Part shown: positions 24,801 to 35,757 of the stretch, one piece after another
How positions within the stretch are numbered: position 1 is the first letter of the stretch
Layout of the letters: every line of letters starts with the position of its first letter
Assembly (NCBI GenBank): GCA_001949185.1
Contig: BDGG01000012.1
Location: 240,973 to 304,972, forward strand
Direction of reading: 5' to 3'
DNA from: Ramazzottius varieornatus
Lineage: Eukaryota > Animalia > Tardigrada
DNA length: 64,000 nt
Position numbers and translations under genes: made by a program
The notes under the pieces: generated by a model
What the model was told of the DNA's origin: nothing
Seen by the model: only the letters and a program-made list of their open reading frames with translations
The model's database searches: none

Positions 24801-27800
24801 GTGAGAATGACTGTCCAGTTTTCTACGGTAATTTCCCGGCTAAACTAAACTACGTTTAGCTCGTGAGATTTCTGTCTTGAAGTTGATGTGTATCTTGGCA
24901 GGTCATCGTGACGAACACGCCGAAGACCCTCAGAGAAATCCTTCCCGAACTGTTCGAGATCCTCCTGGACGCCCTGGCTAGTGACAATGAAGAGCGACGA
25001 CAGGTGGCAGCCAAGACATTGGGTGAGCTCGTCAGAAAGTTGGGCGAACGTATCCTGCCGGAGATCATCCCGATCCTGCAAGCCGGCCTCGAGTCCGAAG
25101 CTGATGAACATCGTGAAGGTGTCTGCGTGGGTCTGATGGAGATTATCTCTTCAACGAACAAGGAAACGGTGGTCATGTACTGTGATATCCTCGAGCCGAC
25201 GTTGGCGAAGGCCCTGGTGGATAGCAACCCGGGTGTTAGGAAGGCTGCGGCGGAAGCGTTCTGCATGCTGGACTCCGTGGTCGGGCATAAGGTCATGGAC
25301 GATATCCTTCCTGTCTTGTTCGACAAAGTGGTACGAATGAAAATCGTCATTAGAATCTTGGTTTCTTGAAAACAGGATGGCGACAAATGGAAAAGGCATC
25401 TCGGCCAACCACCTGCGTACAACTTGCTCGATTTCGTAGTGGTCAATAATTATGCAGGTGCTTGGGGGGAATCAAGTACCTGCATACATTCAGTCGTTGG
25501 CGTATGATGGAGTAAACTGTATGCAGGTTTCTTTAGAATGAACGGTTTTTGTTTGTCAGCTTTCAGACACTTTTTGGCTTACTCCCAATTCTTCTTTCAG
25601 CTGGTATTTCGGAACGTTAATTTGGTGGTATATCTTTGTAGACTGAAGGCGGCGTCGAAGGTGATAATGCACTGGATGGTCTTCAGCAGATCATGGCGAG
25701 AAGAAGCCGCGTGGTACTCCCCTATCTCATTCCCCGGTTGATCACGCCACCGGTCAACACCAGAACCCTAGCATTGCTCACTGCAGTGGCAGGAGAAGCT
25801 TTGAGCAAGCACTTGAACAAGGTCCTACCAGCTTTGCTGTCCAGCTTGCAGACAAAAATAGGAACGCCGGAGGAAGAAACGGAAGTTGGATACTGTCGAA
25901 GCGTCGTCCTCTCAAGTACGCAAATGTTCCTGAAAATATTCCTCGAAAATTAGTCGATCAATTCATGTCTTTCTTGGTTTTAGTCGATGATGAGCAGGGT
26001 GTGTCGACGCTAGTGGAGACCCTAATGTCTGCGGCACAAAGCGAGAAGACTCGTCTAGCCGCCATCACGCTTCTGGATCTCTTCTTCGCCAACACAAAGG
26101 TGGACGTCCGAAGCTACTTCGTCTCTATCGTTCGCCCGATGATGAAGCTGTACATGTCGGACGACCTAATGCTGATCAAGAAAGTCGCTTCCGTTTTGGG
26201 CACGCTGATCAAGCGAACTCCGACCGACGTCTGGTACGAGAACGTGTCAGCCTTGAGGACTGCTATTCGAGCGGTTCATATGGAGCTGAAAGTACCCTGT
26301 GTTCCTGGTTTATGTATACCCGAGGTAAGATCTGGTTCGCAGAAATCCATCGCGAGCTCGGCAGATCGCTTTTTGGGTGGCGCACTTTTCTAGCCAATGC
26401 CAATGGAAACGTGCGCTGTTTGGAAAGGCGATGTTCCAATTGGCGCACGTTTGCAGCGTTTTTGACTAGCAGCATGCGTTACTTTGGGGAAACGCTCTGG
26501 TTGACCTTTTTCGCCGAGTTTTCGTTTTGTCTAGAGGAATTATCAAAAGTTTTTTTATATTTTTGACAGGGGGCTTCGGTGTTTATCCCGATGCTTCGAG
26601 ATGCACTTCTGAGTGTAAGTTCGGAAGAGAAGGAGCTCGTGGGACAGACCATCGCCGACTTGGTTCGCTTGTCGAACCAGAATGGCCTTAAGACTTCCGT
26701 GGTGACGATCACCGGTCCTATCATTCGTATTCTTGGTGATCGCTACGCGCCGAGCATTCGAGCCGTGATGCTGGATGCGTTAAACGTCCTCATCGAGAAG
26801 GCATGTCCGAGCAACATTGTACTGTATCTGGTTGCGCACAGTCCATGTTGTGTTTTCAGTGCGGAGTTCTCGTCAAGCCTTTCGTTCCTCAGATCCAGAC
26901 TACAGTCTCTCGTGCGCTATCTGATACAACGAGGTCCGTGCGGATCAAGGCAGGAAATGTGGCAGCCAGCATCGCTCCAATGCATCCTCGCTTGGAGACG
27001 TTAGCCAACGATCTGCTGGAAGTGGCACGCAGCAATGCTGATCCTAGCACCAAGTATGTAACTGTAGTCAGATCTTTGTTTGAGGATGCCCGGTATGTGA
27101 AATCCACACTAAGTTAATGCGTTCTTCGTCAATTAGGGAGACGTCCTTACGGTCGCTTCGACTGCTGATGGCTTCCGCTGGAGCTAAACTGTCGCCGCAG
27201 TTCCGTGCAGATGCCGTAGCGGTCACGACTCGCCACATCGACTCAGAAGACAACGACTTGAAGAACGCAGCAGCTGGATGCTTGGGTGCCGTCGTGAAGT
27301 TTGCTGTGGACGAGGAACTGGCGAGTCTCCTGAAGAATTACATTCTCAGTAAGTCGGAACTCTTCTTCTAAGAAGAGAATTCAGCATTCTGTGGTAATGT
27401 CTGCATGAACCTTTAACGTGCGTTCCCAGACTTCGAGCCCGGTGCCGATCCGGCATTGCAACACGGAAGATGCCTCGCCGTAGGTGCAGCACTGAAAGAC
27501 GCTGGGGAGAAGCTGATCGATGAGAGGTACGCCGATTCGACTATGGAGACCATCTTGAAGTATCAAACCAGCGACAAGGTAGAGATGCGTGTTTCATTCG
27601 GGATTTCAGATACAAAACTCGGCGAGATCGTTTTCTAAGTAGCGCACCCTGTCAGCCACTGACGCCAAAAACGTGCGCCACTTGGGAAATCCGTCGTTGC
27701 GAATTTTTTTTGCCGCGTAATTGCGAGCAGGAATCCAGCAGCGTTTTGATCTTTTAGTTCCAGATCGTCGCAGCCAGCATAAGATGCATCGGGCTCTTCC

Positions 27801-28449
27801 TTGTTCACCAAAGGAAGATGAATCAGCCGTTAAACAAGAAGCTTCTGATTGTGCTGGCCAAGAGCATGAACCACCACGCGACGGAAGTCAAGCAGCTGGT
27901 GGCGCATACCTGCAGCCATCTGAGCTTGACCAGCCCAACACCTCTGGATGTGTCGGAGCTCAAGCTGATCATTCCTCAACTCGTTAATGGCACCAAGGAG
28001 AAGAACACCGCCGTGAGGTATGACAGTGAAATGGCGCTGGCTGATGTCTTGCTTCTTCGCAAAGACGACAGCCTTCTCGAGGTAAGTGTCTCATGTTTCT
28101 GCGTTTTCCGTGATATTAGCATGTATTTTGGTCACCGGGCTAGATGTGGACGTACAGGAAAGCAGGGACTAGTTTGAGGCGTCGAGAATGGATTGTACAT
28201 GATCTTTATCGCAAGTGGCGCACCTTTTCATTGTCTTGGTTGAGAATGTGCGCCACTTGGCAAAACGGTCATGTTCGGGTCATCCAGCAATGTCCAGTTT
28301 TTGGTGTGTCGCAACGGTTGTATTTTCAGACAACAAAGGCTGCCATGGAAGCAGGAGCGCGGGATTCCCTTCAGAATGCAAGGAAAGCCTTGACCAAGTC
28401 CGTCATGCAAGGAGCTACGAAGTTGGAGGAACTCGATGAAACTTCCTAA
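15888..28449 (+). CDS. GCN1: eIF2-alpha kinase activator GCN1, multi-exon HEAT-repeat protein
   Basis: N-terminal LKNFIKRGTSASRKERRHIL; NIKRESKAYSYKEQLAEMELRKEL, RRGAAYGLAG, MAFCAPKQLSSCLP, VDRSGAAQGL, NWRIRYASVQLLGDLL, LVNGTKEKNTAVR. Confidence 0.97.
16624..16744. repeat. Family A monomer in GCN1 intron
   Basis: GGAACTCGGCAGAC...TGGCGCAC-N25-GTGCGCCACTTGGG. Confidence 0.8.
17752..17873. repeat. Family A monomer with well-preserved ends, 122 bp, in GCN1 intron
   Basis: GGGAACTCGGTGAACAAAGTCG...ATGCGCCACTTG...TCGAGTTTGTTTGCCGAGTTCCC. Confidence 0.85.
19014..19157. repeat. Family B pair, degenerate, in GCN1 intron
   Basis: TACATGCTTAC-N30-GTATGTAGGTA and CACCTACGTAC-N30-GTACGCATG. Confidence 0.55.
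22197..22248. repeat. Family B unit in GCN1 intron
   Basis: CACCTGCATAC-N30-GAATGCAGGTG. Confidence 0.75.
23129..23180. repeat. Family B unit in GCN1 intron
   Basis: CACCTGCATAC-N30-GTATGCAGATG. Confidence 0.75.
24090..24230. repeat. Family A dimer in GCN1 intron
   Basis: Two units; second is CAAGTGGCGCAC-N25-GTGCGCCGGTTG. Confidence 0.8.
25410..25529. repeat. Family B pair in GCN1 intron
   Basis: CACCTGCGTAC-N29-TTATGCAGGTG and TACCTGCATAC-N31-GTATGCAGGTT. Confidence 0.75.
26335..26523. repeat. Family A dimer in GCN1 intron
   Basis: Two TGGCGCAC..(G/A)TGCG units ending TCGCCGAGTT. Confidence 0.75.
27612..27720. repeat. Family A monomer in GCN1 intron
   Basis: AACTCGGCGAGATCGTTTTCTAAGTAGCGCAC...GTGCGCCACTTGGG. 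Confidence 0.8.
28180..28285. repeat. Family A monomer in last GCN1 intron
   Basis: CAAGTGGCGCAC-N24-GTGCGCCACTTG, perfect arms. Confidence 0.8.
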
Positions 28450-28747
28450 ATTTACCCCGCTTTCTCTATCCGACTTCCTTCTCCGGTCTTTTTATCCCTA
28501 AATTTAGGACCGAAAGTTTTCTGTTTTATCTGAGAATGGTCAAGGTAAAGTTTGAATTTAGAAGGAGGAATCCAGGTTTACTGTACAAGATTCTGCCACC
28601 AAAAACACAAATCGTTTGACGCGTAAAAACTGCACTCGATTCTAAAACGTGAGATCGACAACACAAGCAAAAGCTGGTAATTTACTTCGAAGGAAACCAA
28701 AACCGAATGTTCAACACGTCAAGTTTAATAGACAGGAAAAATCGACC

Positions 28748-29339
28748 TTAGGCTTCCTGGGATTGAGCACCTTCGCGCTCAGCCTTGACTCCCCCTTTGC
28801 CTCCAGACTTCTTCGTAGGAGCAGCTTCGGACTCTGTAGGACCTCCGGATGTCTTCTTGGGCAGTAAAGTGGGTGCGATGTTGGGCAAGACACCACCTTG
28901 GGCGATAGTTACTCCAGACAGAAGCTTGTTCAACTGTAGGGGAAGCAAAAACACCACGTCAGAATCGAGCGATGGCTTAAGTTTATCCTCCTACAGGACT
29001 GAGTATCGAGTATGCTGAGGGCCTACTGCGGCTCAACACGGTAGGCGGACGAGGCAAGCTTACCTCTTCGTCGTTGCGGATGGCCAGCTGAAGATGACGA
29101 GGAATGATGCGAGTCTTCTTGTTGTCACGAGCAGCGTTTCCAGCCAACTCCAAGACTTCGGCAGCCAGGTACTCGAGGACTGCAGCCAGGTAAACTGGAG
29201 CTCCAGCACCGACGCGTTCAGCGTAGTTTCCTTTGCGGAGCATACGATGGATACGACCGACAGGAAACTGCAGACCAGCGCGGCTGGATCGCGACTTCGA
29301 CTTTCCCTTAACCTTGCCTCCTTTTCCGCGTCCAGTCAT
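28748..29339 (-). CDS. Histone H2A, H2A.X-like, 153 aa with extended tail ending SQEA; exons 29339-29064 and 28933-28748
   Basis: Canonical core [18 protein letters not shown]|[14 protein letters not shown]; in-phase GT-AG intron. Confidence 0.95.
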
Positions 29340-29439
29340 GATGAAGTGGGGAGTGCTGAAAACCGAAGGGAAAAACGGGAAGGGCGCGATGTGAGCGAGA
29401 GAGGGGGAAATTTCGACTGAAACTTCAACTGGTGATTCT

Positions 29440-29680
29440 TCGACGCAGTGGCTGCTTTTATAGTATTCTCACGAAGCAAAGGCGGAGCTATCGCGATTTG
29501 GGCTTCAGCCAATCCAAGCACCGATAACAGAACAATGGGATACGGAGTGCGGTCCGGTACGGTACGGTACGGTTGGCCAATCAAAACTTTGTCCACGCCA
29601 TTGGTCAAACAACTTAGAATTGCAGCTGAAATCTGGCTCCGCCTTTCGTCAGTCGCTAGCTATATAATGCGCGCACCGAC
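29440..29680. promoter_or_regulatory. Bidirectional H2A/H2B promoter
   Basis: Divergent genes; TATA-like boxes near 29460 (minus) and 29661 (plus) flank several CCAAT/ATTGG boxes. Confidence 0.6.
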
Positions 29681-29808
29681 GGACTTTGATTATTGTTCTA
29701 AGTTTTCTTCGTGCTCCAGTTGAGTTTGCTCACAAGTCTGAACTCTGACGATTTCCGTTTTTGCTTTCTTACTGCTCCAGCTCCAGCTCCAGCTGCCATC
29801 TCCTCAAC

Positions 29809-30291
<483 letters not shown>

Positions 30292-30942
30292 ATTTCTTCT
30301 CATTGGCCTGACGTTGTTGCTTTAGGTTCAGAATAGCCTGGATGTGTACAGTAGCCTCTTGTTTTCAAGATCTCTTGTCTTACGTGAATTTTCTTCTGCC
30401 AGTTTTGGACAAGTAGTCAGCGAGAAGTTCCGAGAAGAATGTGAAGTTTCCCCTTGTACATAGACTGCATTCCTGAAAATACTTCGAAGAGTAAAATACG
30501 ATCACCTGCAGATTCTCTCGGTTCATTCCGCAGATTTGAGAAGAGCTTAAATTCGGGGCCAGAAGATGATTCCAGAAAGAAAGCAAACCAGAAAAGCACT
30601 GAGGTGTGCGTCATACTGCAACAGGCCTGTGACGTTCACAGCCATGTATCGCATCAATATGTCGACTGCGTAAACGAAATGTGGTGTGACGTCATGCGGG
30701 ATTTACTTTACTTCAACAACCCGCGAACGAAGCAGTCAATCAAGTGATTCGATCAACGCAGTCAATACTGTGACGCAAGAACCACGACAGAACGATTACG
30801 TTTGAGGTACACAAACTGCTCATAAATTTCCGCTAAAAATCACACGATAACTGCAGAACACCCCTGAGGCCTCGTCAAGAGTAAAATCGTCCGAAGAACG
30901 GTCGAAACTTCAAGGATAGAGCCCAAAGGCGCACATGGTAGA

Positions 30943-31198
30943 TTATCGCTGGGCTGCTGCAGCTCGCCCTTCGGTCCACTTCGTTACTTTGGCCGATGCC
31001 TCTCCCCGTTTGGCTGCTTCGACCTTATACTCCTCTTTCAGGGCTTGCCTTACCTAGAGAAACAAGAGATCTGCGTGAACACTAAGCAGGTAAGAGAAGA
31101 CATTCATTCCATCGGGAAACAATCAAACTTACACATCGCGCAGCAATCTGCGAATATTTGATGTAGTTCAAACCAGCCACCCGCCACGCTGCTGCCAT
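30943..31198 (-). CDS. ATP5F1E: Mitochondrial ATP synthase subunit epsilon, 58 aa; exons 31198-31133 and 31053-30943; absent from the ORF track
   Basis: Spliced translation MAAAWRVAGLNYIKYSQIAARCVRQALKEEYKVEAAKRGEASAKVTKWTEGRAAAAQR matches the WRxAGLxYIxYSxI family motif. Confidence 0.93.
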
Positions 31199-31784
31199 CG
31201 TTGCTGGAGTTTATGACCAGAAAGAATTCGCGAAATCTGCAGGAATAAGCCTGATTTTTAGGAGAGAGTAAAGGATGAGGAATAAAAGAAAGTCCAGAAT
31301 AATAATAGTATTTTTGGGAAAAACAAGCTGTGATGAATCAATTCTGGTCAATCAATGGGAAGATATACCGGATCCACTACTTGCACCTAGTACGGACTTT
31401 TACTGGACTACACGAAACGAGCCAGAAGTACGAGTACCAACTACAAAGTCTTGGTCTACTCTCTGGCGGAAGTCAACTTCCGTTTTACTGACACTTCTAG
31501 ATTCCTGGACGACCTCGTCTTTCTTTGCGGGGTTCTTCTGGCTAACGTTCATTTTTTTCAATTTACAAGAAAGTGCTTTGTCTAGCGAAGGCTCTTGTTC
31601 GTAAATTCAACAAATACTGCGGTCTGTACAAGCCATCGATGGTTCAACGAGAAAAGGCAAAAGGAAGCCAACTGTACAAGGTACACTTCGAGAAAACTGA
31701 GACAACGTAAATCTGCAGTGCTCAGACTCGACACCCAACTCCAGAGAATAGAAACATGAGAACCAGAGAAGGCACGGAAACATT

Positions 31785-32276
31785 CTATGCTCGTTCTCCT
31801 CGGATGCGACGTGCCAGCTGGATGTCTTTGGGCATGATTGTAACTCGCTTGGCGTGGATGGCGCACAAGTTAGTGTCTTCGAAGAGACCGACCAGGTAGG
31901 CTTCGGCAGCTTCCTGCAAGTAAAAAACGGAACACGGTAAGTGCACGTCAAACAAGATGAAGCAGAAGGGGAACCTTGAGAAGGGAAGCTTTACCTGCAA
32001 GGCCATAACAGCCGAGGACTGGAAGCGCAGATCCGTCTTGAAGTCTTGGGCAATCTCGCGGACGAGACGTTGGAAGGGGAGCTTTCGGATAAGGAGTTCG
32101 GTGGACTTCTGGTAACGACGAATCTCTCGAAGGGCGACGGTGCCGGGTCGGTAACGATGGGGCTTCTTGACACCTCCGGTGGCGGGAGCAGACTTGCGGG
32201 CGGCCTTGGTGGCCAACTGCTTGCGAGGAGCCTTGCCTCCGGTCGACTTGCGGGCCGTTTGCTTGGTTCGGGCCAT
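31785..32276 (-). CDS. Histone H3 of canonical type (A31, SAVM at 87-90); exons 32276-31995 and 31913-31785
   Basis: Complete 136-aa H3 after removing an 81-nt GT-AG intron. Confidence 0.98.
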   Translation of the reverse strand: MARTKQTARKSTGGKAPRKQLATKAARKSAPATGGVKKPHRYRPGTVALREIRRYQKSTELLIRKLPFQRLVREIAQDFKTDLRFQSSAVMALQVKLPFSRFPFCFILFDVHLPCSVFYLQEAAEAYLVGLFEDTNLCAIHAKRVTIMPKDIQLARRIRGERA

Positions 32277-32915
32277 CTTGGACTTCCTGACGAGAACTAC
32301 AAACTGCGAACGTTGAAAGTCACAAGTAAAACAGGTCGAACGACACAGGACGTAACGAGGAAAGGCGGAGAACACAACTGATGAGATTCTGGCTGGAAGA
32401 TCGGGCTTTTTATACCAACGAAGAATGGTCAAAATCGCCTCACTAGAGCTGATTGGTCGCAGAGCCCGAAGGGGTAACCAGGCACGCCTGCCTGAAACTC
32501 GAATTTTCAAAATCCTGCTGCAGAAGCCAGTGCAAGTCGACGAGATCCGTATCCCCTCATGGCATCCAACTCAAAATTTTCGAGAAACTGATAGAGAAAT
32601 GTTTTTTCTACCAGCTTGTTTTTTCCTCGATTTTTTGCACCACGCGCTTCCTGGATAATCGGTGGGATATCGAGATGGTGAAATAGGCAGCCTGTCAGTG
32701 ACGTATCTTGGAACAAGAATTTCTGGTTGGTCGGACGTAGTTAGAACCGCCCTTCAAAAATGTGCTGTTTCGGAAATGGTATAAAATCAGCCCAAGCAAC
32801 TTCATCGTCAGTTGTGTTTAGTTTCGAGGTTCATTTTCGGGATTTCTAAATTCCACTCTCGCCCGGCTTGTGTATTTTCAAATTACTAACTCGTCGCACA
32901 CACCCTTCATCAACG

Positions 32916-33332
<417 letters not shown>

Positions 33333-34078
33333 ATTCCATTTCTCTGAAATTTACTTGCTGTTTTTATGCACACCTGACGACTCAGCTTTTATTTGCTTCG
33401 ATGGTCTGGTCTTTTAGTCTCGACGCTTTTCCTTCGCTCCAGTTTCTTCTCAGTGTACAGATAATCCCCTAGAAAAATTTTACTCGGCAAAATCTCTGAA
33501 GAGTGGAAAGAACTGAATAATCAAGTTTCGAAGAACACGTCCGGTGTTTCGATCAATCCGTACTTGGTTCAATCAAGCCTAGGTTTAACATCATGGGAAG
33601 CGCTACGGTTATGTATGAAAAGATGGTGGCTAGCTTTCCTTGATTGCTCAGCAGGAATATGGCCGCTGTACTACACAGCAGCTCTTGGCCTTGTCCAATA
33701 GACCATTCAAGGTGAGCGCTGGTCTACCGTAACGGGGCGACGCCTTGGAGCCCTGCACGTGGTGAAGGGCGGGGTTATTCCACTGCATTTTGCGCTTCGT
33801 TCAAACCTGCTCGTCCAATTGTCGCACCGCTCCCAGCGCAGACCTGACGTGCGGCATCGAACAAGGCTGTGCCCGGTACACGTTGCTCTTGCCATTTTGG
33901 GATTTCGACTTTTGCTTTTAGGGAGCTCAGTCGAAATCGGGTTTCTCCCCCAGGGTATGATAGCGAACTTTCTTTTGTGTCAGCAGATCCACTTGTAACT
34001 TGTTCCCATCTTCCAGGTTGCTTCTTTTCAGAGCTCGAGAAAGGCCTAGACAACGCGGAAGAATCTTCGACGGACAAG

Positions 34079-35279
34079 ATGGCGCAGAGCACGTCGGCCA
34101 ATGGATCCACCATCGTCGCCCTCGCCGATCCCAACAATCCTTCGGCTGTGGGCACTTATCAGTTCCAGGTAGCTGATGCTGGTGAGTTTTGAGTTGACTG
34201 TTGGGCACCTGACGAATGTTTGGGTTTTTCTAGATGGCTGACTGTACGTCGTGCACGAAGAATCAAGCCACGCTGACCACCATCTTGAGCGTCATGCAGC
34301 AACAGGCTGCCACGCTGAAGGAACAGCAAAGCACTATCGCCAGCCTCATTACCATGATGTCCAACGGGGCTACTCCAGCTACAATCGCTTTCAAAACGGA
34401 CGGCGACAACATCAGAACACCTGTTGTCAAACTCAATCGTCTTCCTTCCAGCCTCAGTGCAGCTCGTTCTACCCAATCTACACCAGCCAGCCAGAGAAAG
34501 AGACCCGCCTCTGAGGCCTTCGATGATATGGTAAGCGAGCCAAACTTGTTCCTAGGATTTCTATCCATAAAAGTTCGCCAGAATACGGCAGGAAGATTGA
34601 AAGGGGAACATCCGACTGAAGTGGCGCAGTATGTATCGGAAAACACTTGAGGTGTGTGTGCAATCCATGACGTAGTGCGTCGAGCATTCGGGGCGGTTGT
34701 GTCGTTGGGTTTGGAGGTGTACCATAGAGCTTACCATGACCTGTACAGTACGGCCTGCCATACTACTAGACTGCCGTTGGACTGGCCAATGTTTCGTTAT
34801 TAAGTTTCGGTGGGGTGACTGATGTGACGTTGAACTAAGATGATTTTGTGTTTTAGAACGGCGTGGACACTGACACCGTGACAAAGATTTGGATTCGGGG
34901 TTCGCTGCACGAGAAATGCCCGTGTCCGCTGAAAGAGTGTGCTCACCGGAAGTTCGCCGCTTCCGACATGTACCACCTGCGTCGCCACTTCACCCAAATT
35001 CACCGCCTGACGCATCCCAACCCGTTTTTCGTGTTCCAGTGCCCCGTCGAGGAGTGCGGAGCCGAGTTCGAGGACTCGATGCGAGAAATGCGCAAGCATC
35101 TGATCAAGGACCACGCTGAGCTTTTCCCAAGCACCCCAGGCAAGAGTTCCGCTACCAAGACCCCACTCAAGACCACCAAGCCAGGAGCCAATGGATCCAT
35201 GCAGGTCGCTGAAGAAGAAGAACAGGAAGAAGTGGAGGAAGCTGAAGATGGCGAGGAAGAGACTGTCAGCGAAGCTTAA
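34079..35279 (+). CDS. Uncharacterised protein with a short coiled coil, two atypical C2H2 zinc fingers and an acidic tail; exons ~34079-34168, 34234-34530, 34857-35279
   Basis: CPLKEC..LRRHFTQIH and FQCPVEEC..MRKHLIKDH; in-phase splice sites; start uncertain. Confidence 0.7.
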
Positions 35280-35757
35280 AGACCGCTTCTCGATTTTGTT
35301 ACGGGATACAGACCACAAAACATCGTCTTGCTTTTTACCATTTTTTTGCTTGACTCCTTTACGCACTCGTTCTGGCATTGGCAGAGTCTGCCTCGTGTTT
35401 CAGCTCGTTAAACTAAGGGAAAATTTTCGGACTTGTTTTCTTTGTCGCCCGATACGCAACAAGGACTTAGCTTTTTTTCTTATCGACAGTATAGTATATT
35501 ACGGTTGTAAGTCGTTCTTACTGTTTACGTTTTTTATTTTACTGCCCGAAAGAAGCTTGAAACCATCGAAAGCGGAATAAACTTCAGGACTAATTATAAG
35601 TTTAATTCGCGTTTGAAACTTCGTAAAAGTAATAACCCGAAATATTCTAATAAGTCACAAAGAAGCCAAGTCGGAAAAAGAATTTCATACTTCAAAGATC
35701 TCAAAAGTAAGAAGGAGGAAAACCGCACCAAAAAAAATATTACAGAAACGGAGCCAC

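Noticed and set aside
24856-25446. Long antisense ORFs over GCN1 (and similar ones over MED7, histones, tubulins)
   Set aside because: Shadow frames of real exons with no independent motifs.
30640-30785. Weak fold-back between H2B and ATP synthase epsilon (GACTGCGT/ACGCAGTC, GCGGG/CCCGC)
   Set aside because: Short matches only, no defined ends or second copy in the window.
34570-34670. Additional family A copy in the zinc-finger gene intron (AAGTGGCGCAG)
   Set aside because: Second arm too degenerate and spacing off; not counted.
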